DNA of 64,000 bases. Origin: an uncultured Gammaproteobacteria bacterium. Lineage in GTDB: Bacteria; Patescibacteriota; Microgenomatia; PFEM01; DATLAM01. Shown here in pieces: positions 58,278-64,000 of this stretch. The stretch spans positions 219,968-283,967 of the forward strand of contig CAZMIZ010000001.1 in assembly GCA_964566925.1 (NCBI GenBank), given 5' to 3'. Numbering within the stretch: position 1 is the stretch's first letter; every line of letters starts with the position of its first letter. The translations under genes were made by a program, and so were the position numbers. Under the pieces are notes generated by a model. It made no database searches, was not told the DNA's origin, and saw only the letters and a list, made by a program, of their open reading frames with translations.

Positions 58278-59168
58278 ATGCTTTGGTTTTGGTTAACAGT
58301 TGCTGGCGGTTTATTTGGTAGCGTCAGATCGTTGATCACCCGGGTTATAATGCGGGATGAGGAAGAAAGCCTAGCTTACGCTTTTATTTACCAGGCGATG
58401 CTCGCCATTTTTATCATTCCTTTTTTAGGTTTTGGTTTTAAATTACCAAGAACAATTTTTCCTTATCTAGTTATTTTTTTGGTCGGCGTTTTTGATACTC
58501 TGGCACTTTATCTCTTTTTAGAAAGTGCCCGATTTCTTGAAGCCTCTTTCCGACAAATTTTGATCCAAGCGGAAATGATCTGGGTTTTGTTTTTTGGCGT
58601 TTTGCTATTACAAGAAAGCCTGAATTTGTCCAAATTTCTAGGGGTCGGTTTAATTTTATTGGGGATAATCTTGGCTACCTATCAAAAAGAAAAAAAAGCG
58701 AAGTTCAAGAATCTCTGGTTAGGGTTTTGGGGCGCAAAGAAGACAATCAGGAAAAAAGGGATTATTTTTACTCTTGTTGCCACGACTTTAGAAGCCTTTG
58801 GGATCATTGCGATTAAAACCCTCTTAGATGAATTTTCTCCTTCGATTGTGGCTTTTGGAGTAAGGGGAATTTCTGCTATTTATCTTCTTCTAATCATCAA
58901 GGATTTGAAACCCCGGGTGGTCAATTTTGTTCAGAGAAAGAAAGGGTTGATTTTGACTCACGGTTTAGCTGGGACGGCTGCCTTTTTCCTTTTCCTTTGG
59001 GCAACTTCATTAGCAGAAGTCAGCCGGACATTGCCTATTGCTCAGAGCTTTACTGTTTTAACCGTTCTAGCAGGAATTGCCTTTTTAAAAGAAAGAGGAA
59101 GAGTTTGGCAGAAAATTTTTGGCAGTGTCTTAGCTGCGATTGGCGTGATTTTGGTGAAAGGGGTTTAA
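58278..59168 (+). CDS. EamA/DMT-family transporter
   Basis: 296 aa, 10 TM. Confidence 0.75.
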   Translation: MLWFWLTVAGGLFGSVRSLITRVIMRDEEESLAYAFIYQAMLAIFIIPFLGFGFKLPRTIFPYLVIFLVGVFDTLALYLFLESARFLEASFRQILIQAEMIWVLFFGVLLLQESLNLSKFLGVGLILLGIILATYQKEKKAKFKNLWLGFWGAKKTIRKKGIIFTLVATTLEAFGIIAIKTLLDEFSPSIVAFGVRGISAIYLLLIIKDLKPRVVNFVQRKKGLILTHGLAGTAAFFLFLWATSLAEVSRTLPIAQSFTVLTVLAGIAFLKERGRVWQKIFGSVLAAIGVILVKGV

Positions 59169-59171
59169 GAA

Positions 59172-59453
59172 TTACCCTTTTTTCTTCTCTAGCTTTTCCG
59201 CCAGCTTGCTTAATTGGAGAGTGACGGTAACGGCGAGGATAGTGACAATGATGGCGTAGATCATTAGAGAAATCATGCCCGAGCCAACGCTAATTCTGGT
59301 TTTGATGTAGTCGTTAATAAAAGTTTTGATCAATTCGTTCCAGGCTAGAGCTGCCACTAAACCAAAACCACTGGTGGCTAGCTTAAGCATCTGTTTGACC
59401 ACCGCTAGCTGGTACTTCCTAATTTCTTCTTGAGTTTTTTTGATTGGTTCCAT
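59172..59453 (-). CDS. Hypothetical small membrane protein
   Basis: 93 aa; its last 10 codons constitute repeat copy 2. Confidence 0.5.
   Translation of the reverse strand: MEPIKKTQEEIRKYQLAVVKQMLKLATSGFGLVAALAWNELIKTFINDYIKTRISVGSGMISLMIYAIIVTILAVTVTLQLSKLAEKLEKKKG
59175..59204 (+). repeat. Direct repeat copy 2 (CCCTTTTTTCTTCTCTAGCTTTTCCGCCAGC)
   Basis: inside 3' end of 59172..59453 CDS. Confidence 0.75.
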
Positions 59454-59460
59454 TTGATTA

Positions 59461-60567
59461 TTGATTTTTCCCGCAAAAAATGCGATAATTATTCTAATGT
59501 ATCAGCCTCAATTTACCATAACCAACGAAATTTTGCAAAATATCGGCTTGATTGAAGCGGCCAAAGAGGTGATTGAAAATGCTCCTTTGATCCCGGTTTA
59601 TGAGGCCCAGTTTATTAAAGAGGCGATCTTACGGACAGTTCATCACGGCACCCATATTGAAGGTAACGAACTTAATCTTAGCGAAGTTAAGAAGACCCTT
59701 GAGGGCAACGAAATTGTCGCCCGAGAAAGAGACGTTCAAGAAGTAATTAATTATCGGAACGTCATTCGTTACCTCGATAAGTTGGAGAAAGAAAAAAAGA
59801 AAGAAGATTTCAATTACACCCAAACAATTCTTAAGAAAATTAACGAAATTGCCTGTGAGAGAATTATTACTGATGGTCGAGCCGGTAAATTTAGAAAAAC
59901 CCAGGTTATTTTGCGAAATAGCGCTACTGGGGAAGTTGTTTTCCGGCCCCCACCCGCAGTCGAGGTGAGGTTTTTAATAGAAGATTTTTTCGCCTGGATT
60001 AATTCGGCGACAGCTGAAAAGGTCCATCCTGTTATTCGGGCGGGGATTGCCCATTACTATTTAGTGGCCGTCCATCCCTTCATCGAGGCTAACGGCCGGA
60101 CCGCCCGGGCTTTGGCCACCCTAATCCTGTTTACCGAGGGTTATGATATCAGGAAATTTTTTGCCTTGGAGGAATATTTTGATAAAGATGCCCTCCATTA
60201 TTATCAGGGTTTGATGGCCGTCGATCGACAGTCAGGAGATCTGACCAAAAGGGATTTGACCCCCTGGCTTGAATATTTTACTCAAGCAATGGCGGTGGAA
60301 TTAACGAGAATTAAAGAAAAAGTTAAAAAACTCTCGGTTGACCTTAAACTTAAAAGCCGGATTGGGGCCCAAATTCCCCTGAATGAGCGCCAAATAAAAT
60401 TGGTTGAATACCTCGAAGAGAATGGTTTTATTACCATGAGTGAGGCGCGGAAATTGATTCCCCAATACTCTGAAGACACCCTCCTCCGTGATTTGAAATA
60501 TCTAATGAAAAAAGGTATTCTTAGGAAAAGAGGCAAGACTAAAGGCGCTAAATATATTATGAAATAA
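59461..60567 (+). CDS. Fic-family protein with internal inhibitory motif and C-terminal wHTH
   Basis: HPFIEANGRTARAL; N-terminal THIEGN matching (S/T)xxxE(G/N). Confidence 0.8.
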   Translation: MIFPAKNAIIILMYQPQFTITNEILQNIGLIEAAKEVIENAPLIPVYEAQFIKEAILRTVHHGTHIEGNELNLSEVKKTLEGNEIVARERDVQEVINYRNVIRYLDKLEKEKKKEDFNYTQTILKKINEIACERIITDGRAGKFRKTQVILRNSATGEVVFRPPPAVEVRFLIEDFFAWINSATAEKVHPVIRAGIAHYYLVAVHPFIEANGRTARALATLILFTEGYDIRKFFALEEYFDKDALHYYQGLMAVDRQSGDLTKRDLTPWLEYFTQAMAVELTRIKEKVKKLSVDLKLKSRIGAQIPLNERQIKLVEYLEENGFITMSEARKLIPQYSEDTLLRDLKYLMKKGILRKRGKTKGAKYIMK

Positions 60568-60769
60568 TAGATGAAGCCAACAGAGCCTCAATTTTTATAC
60601 ATGATCCTCGTATTGCCCAGTCTTTTTGGCCTAACTTTAGTGGGTGAAGGCTTGAATAAGATTCTCAAGAACGAAACAGCCGGTTGGCTTTCAATAATTT
60701 TCGGCGTTCTGTTTATCGGTGTCGTTATTTTTGCTTTCCTTTTCTTTTCGCAAACGTTAGCCTTTTAAA

Positions 60770-62503
60770 ATGACCTTCCAGAAATTAACTTCCTTTTTCC
60801 AGGAATTGGAGAAAACCGCCTCTCGGAACAAGATGACGGAGATTTTAGCCAAATTGCTTAAATCCGCCGAGACTAAGGAAGTGGACAAAGTTTGTTATCT
60901 TTCTCTAGGTCGGTTGGCCCCTCTTTATAAAGGGGTAGAGTTTAATTTAGCCGAAAAAATGCTCATTCGCGTTTTAGCTCAGGCTTACAAAAAAGAAGAA
61001 GCCAAGATTAAGAAAAAATATAAAGAATTGGGTGATTTAGGAGATGTGGCTGCCTTTTTTGACAAAAAAGCCAAGGCAAAACCGTTATCAGTTAACCAGA
61101 CCTATGAATGGCTTCTAGAGATTGCTTTAGAATCAGGCAAAGGTTCAGTTGAAAGAAAGATTGGAAAAACAACCCAGCTTTTAGATGATCTGGATGCCCA
61201 ATCAGCTAAATATGTGGTCCGGATTCCTTTAGGCAAACTGCGTCTGGGCTTTTCTGATTTAACGATTCTTGATGCCCTTTCTTGGTTAATAGCTGGTAAT
61301 AAAAGCAAAAGAGCCGAAATTGAAGCAGCCTACAATGTTCGGGCGGATGTTGGTCAGATTGCCCAAATAATTAAACAAAAAGGTTTATCGGGCTTGAAAA
61401 GAGTTAAAGTTCAACTCGGCGTGCCGGTGGTGCCCGCCCTCACCCAGAGGCTGCCCAATCCAGAAGAAATGATTAAAAAAATGACCTCTGAAAAAGAAAA
61501 CTTAGTTGCTTCGGAACCGAAATATGACGGTACCCGGCTTCAGATCCATTTTAAGAAAAAGAAAAAGCTAGTTTCTACTTTTACAAGAAATCTTGAGAGT
61601 ACTACTCATATGTTTCCAGATCTGACTCGAGCCGTTTTTAGTGAAGTCAAAGCCGCCGAAGCCATTTTAGACGGTGAGGCGATAGGCTTTGATCCGAAAA
61701 CCGGTAAATTCTTGCCTTTTCAGGAAACCATCAAGCGGAAAAGAAAATACGGGATTGGTAAGAAAGTTAAGGAAATTCCCTTAAAGTTTTTCTGCTTTGA
61801 CCTTTTATATAAAGACGGCAGAGACCTTTTGAAAGAATCTTTTAAAAAGAGGCGTCAGATTTTAGAAAAAATTATTTCTTCAAAGAATAAAACGATTCTC
61901 CTTTCTCCTCAAATGGTTAGCAGTAACCCTAATGAGCTCCGACGCTATCACGATGAGCAAATAAAAAAGGGCCTGGAAGGTTCAGTGGTCAAAAAATGGG
62001 AAGCACCGTACGATCCGGGGAGGCGAGGTTATACCTGGGTAAAATTTAAAGCCGAAAAGGGGAAGAAAGGAGCTGGACTGGCTGATACTTTAGATTGTGT
62101 GGTCATGGGTTACAACAAAGGGAAGGGGAAAAGGGCTCAATTTGGTTTGGGTGCCTTTTTGGTCGGAGTTAGAAAGGGGAACAATTTTTTGACCATTTCT
62201 AAAATTGGCACCGGTCTCTCGGATGAGCAGTGGCGAGAAATGTACCAGCGGTGTCAAAAATCAAATGTTAAAACTCAAACCAAGCCTAAAAATTACCTGG
62301 TTGATAAGAATTTAGAGCCGGATACCTGGTGTGCGCCTAAGATTGTGGTTGAAATCGAGGCAGACAATATCACCAGATCGCCAATTCATACGGCTAAATA
62401 TGCCCTTCGCTTTCCAAGACTAGTTCGCTTTCGAGATGATAAAGCCCCAACTCAAGCAACTACCCTGGCCGAAGCAAAGAAGCTCTATAAACTTCAGAAA
62501 TAA
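60770..62503 (+). CDS. ATP-dependent DNA ligase (Lig1-like, with N-terminal DNA-binding domain)
   Basis: motif I EPKYDGTR; 577 aa. Confidence 0.85.
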   Translation: MTFQKLTSFFQELEKTASRNKMTEILAKLLKSAETKEVDKVCYLSLGRLAPLYKGVEFNLAEKMLIRVLAQAYKKEEAKIKKKYKELGDLGDVAAFFDKKAKAKPLSVNQTYEWLLEIALESGKGSVERKIGKTTQLLDDLDAQSAKYVVRIPLGKLRLGFSDLTILDALSWLIAGNKSKRAEIEAAYNVRADVGQIAQIIKQKGLSGLKRVKVQLGVPVVPALTQRLPNPEEMIKKMTSEKENLVASEPKYDGTRLQIHFKKKKKLVSTFTRNLESTTHMFPDLTRAVFSEVKAAEAILDGEAIGFDPKTGKFLPFQETIKRKRKYGIGKKVKEIPLKFFCFDLLYKDGRDLLKESFKKRRQILEKIISSKNKTILLSPQMVSSNPNELRRYHDEQIKKGLEGSVVKKWEAPYDPGRRGYTWVKFKAEKGKKGAGLADTLDCVVMGYNKGKGKRAQFGLGAFLVGVRKGNNFLTISKIGTGLSDEQWREMYQRCQKSNVKTQTKPKNYLVDKNLEPDTWCAPKIVVEIEADNITRSPIHTAKYALRFPRLVRFRDDKAPTQATTLAEAKKLYKLQK

Positions 62504-62546
62504 GAATGGGATTGAAATTTTAATTAGTTTATGTTATTAAGAATCT

Positions 62547-62570
62547 AAGCTGCCTAAAGGCAGCTTTTGA
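62547..62570 (+). terminator. Intrinsic terminator
   Basis: agctgcc-taaa-ggcagct + tttt. Confidence 0.4.
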
Positions 62571-62591
62571 ATAGAAAGGGGGTGAAAGAAA

Positions 62592-63188
62592 ATGAGAGAG
62601 TTTAAAGATGAAGTTTCAGATCCTTCAGTAGTCCAGGAACAACTTTTAGGTTCCGCACGAGAAGGAGTCAGAAATTGGCTTACTAAAAAAGCCGAACCAG
62701 TGCTTAATGGGAGAAAAAGGAAAGCTGTCCTTTTTAGAATTCCATCGGATGGGCACCTGCCATTCGAAGTTTTAAGATGTATACCTGATGATCTATGTTA
62801 TCCTGCAAGTGGTTTACTCAACGAAGGCCTTGATCTTTTTTTAGAGGGCTTAGGAATAAATCGCTCAGATTTTAAAGAAAGACAGGAAAGAGCAAGAGCT
62901 AGGATGCGGAGGAGAGCTCACCCATATCGTGGAGGCACCGCCCAGATTGTTTATCAGACAGATAAGCCGGATATCCAAATAATCTACGGAGAAGGATTTA
63001 TGCGTCGAGACGATGCTTTCCCTCAGTCCAAAGCCTGGATGGTTGTTAACAAGGAAGTGCCGACTTTCAGAGAAAGACTTGTTTCAGTTTTTTCAAGAGG
63101 TTCATCACAAGCCGAGACGGAATCGGAAGGAAAGCAGCTTCTTGATGTTGCCGGTGCAGTTTTGGCGATCTCTCTGAGAGACTTTTGA
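62592..63188 (+). CDS. Hypothetical protein
   Basis: 198-aa ORF with ggggg RBS. Confidence 0.45.
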   Translation: MREFKDEVSDPSVVQEQLLGSAREGVRNWLTKKAEPVLNGRKRKAVLFRIPSDGHLPFEVLRCIPDDLCYPASGLLNEGLDLFLEGLGINRSDFKERQERARARMRRRAHPYRGGTAQIVYQTDKPDIQIIYGEGFMRRDDAFPQSKAWMVVNKEVPTFRERLVSVFSRGSSQAETESEGKQLLDVAGAVLAISLRDF

Positions 63189-63393
63189 GAAATTATTAAA
63201 TTCGGGAGAGGAAGAGGTTATCTGGGATAATTTAGCCGAAGTTGTTGATGAAGGCGAGCTAGAAAGGAGATTTCCTGAGGTATTTGAGCAGTTTCCTGCA
63301 GATCCAGAATTAGTTCGCCAGGCTTTAACAGCTTGTGTTAGGGTTTTTGGAAAAAGCGTTTAAATTTCAGGCTGAATGTGATAGCATGGAGGT

Positions 63394-64000
63394 ATGGGTG
63401 GGAAGAAAAAAGATGACTTCTTGGAAAGGGGCTTGACTTCTAAAGAAGCCCAGGGCCGCTTGGAAGAATTTGGGCCGAATGAGTTGAAAAAGGCGCCTGG
63501 TTTTTCCAGTCTAAAGCTTTTCCTTTTTCAATTTAAATCTCCTTTAGTTTATGTTCTTCTTTTTGCGGGTCTAGTGACTCTTTTTCTTCATGATTTTACT
63601 GACTCTCTGGTTATTTTTGCGGCCGTTTCGATTAATGCCGTTTTGGGTTTTTATCAAGAAAAGAAGGCTCAACAATCTTTAGCGGCTCTTCGGTCTCTTT
63701 TAAGTCCCCACGCGAAAGTTATTCGTGATGGTGAGCGTCAGATTATTGAGGCCCGCCAGGTGGTACCGGGAGATTTGGTAGTTTTAGAAATTGGCGAGCG
63801 GGTGCCAGCCGATGGTGTTTTGGTTGAGACCACCGATTTAAGTCTTAATGAGGCGATTCTAACTGGTGAGAGCATGCCGGTGGCCAAGAAGCTTAAAGAT
63901 GAAGTTTTTATGGGAACAACTGTGACCACCGGCATTGCCAAAATGGAAGTGGTTAAAACCGGAATTGAGACTCAGGCAGGCAAAATCGGCGAAAGGGTGG
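63394..64000 (+). CDS. P-type cation-transporting ATPase, N-terminal part (runs off window)
   Basis: TM1-2 then actuator-domain LTGES motif (AILTGESMPV); not in ORF track because open-ended. Confidence 0.85.
   Translation, partial: MGGKKKDDFLERGLTSKEAQGRLEEFGPNELKKAPGFSSLKLFLFQFKSPLVYVLLFAGLVTLFLHDFTDSLVIFAAVSINAVLGFYQEKKAQQSLAALRSLLSPHAKVIRDGERQIIEARQVVPGDLVVLEIGERVPADGVLVETTDLSLNEAILTGESMPVAKKLKDEVFMGTTVTTGIAKMEVVKTGIETQAGKIGERV

Noticed and set aside
1-64000. CRISPR arrays, rRNA, RNase P RNA, tmRNA
   Set aside because: No regularly spaced repeats, no rRNA-like conserved blocks and no RNase P P4 (AGGAAAGUCCGGGCUC) or tmRNA signatures were seen on either strand

Overview
This 64-kb window is low-GC and densely packed with mostly small genes. 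It looks like a streamlined, probably Patescibacteria/CPR-type bacterial chromosome. Clear indicators are paired 2-oxoacid:ferredoxin oxidoreductase subunits, an archaeal-type TIM, NrdDG, two PBP1A paralogs, an ATP-dependent DNA ligase and a VirD4/TraD-like ATPase.

Most of the window is housekeeping:
- transcription and translation: rpoD (5' end truncated), greA, trpS, ftsH, ftsB-like
- Fe-S biogenesis and energy: iscS-iscU and OFOR alpha/beta
- a glycolytic cluster: tpi, pgk, gap, deoC, fba, pfkB
- anaerobic ribonucleotide reductase: nrdD and nrdG
- DNA repair and recombination: 5'-3' exonuclease, mutM, recF, xer, DNA ligase
- a P-type ATPase truncated at the 3' edge

The most unusual structure is at 1.3-4.5 kb:
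- A tRNA (most likely Asn-GUU) is split in its anticodon loop by a ~547-nt group I intron that carries an HNH homing-endonuclease ORF.
- Immediately 3' of that tRNA is a ~2.6-kb AT-rich islet. It is bounded by a degenerate direct repeat of the tRNA 3' end (attL/attR-like).
- The islet encodes a PIN-domain nuclease with a small partner gene and two proteins carrying R-N-x3-H HEPN-like motifs. A consensus-promoter/terminator-bracketed structured RNA lies between them. This is a candidate toxin/defence module.

Other notable loci:
- an ATP-cone-Mrr nuclease next to an NDT/LOG-fold gene and an HD phosphohydrolase
- two transporter genes (MFS, EamA), each bracketed by 21-30-bp direct repeats that duplicate the end of a neighbouring gene
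- tandem PBP1A paralogs with unusual extensions
- a structured RNA plus intrinsic terminator ahead of a 659-aa orphan protein just upstream of nrdDG
- two terminator-bounded intergenic sRNA candidates
- a tRNA-Ile(UAU) followed by a Xer recombinase, with a VirD4-like ATPase next to them

No CRISPR array and no rRNA were seen.
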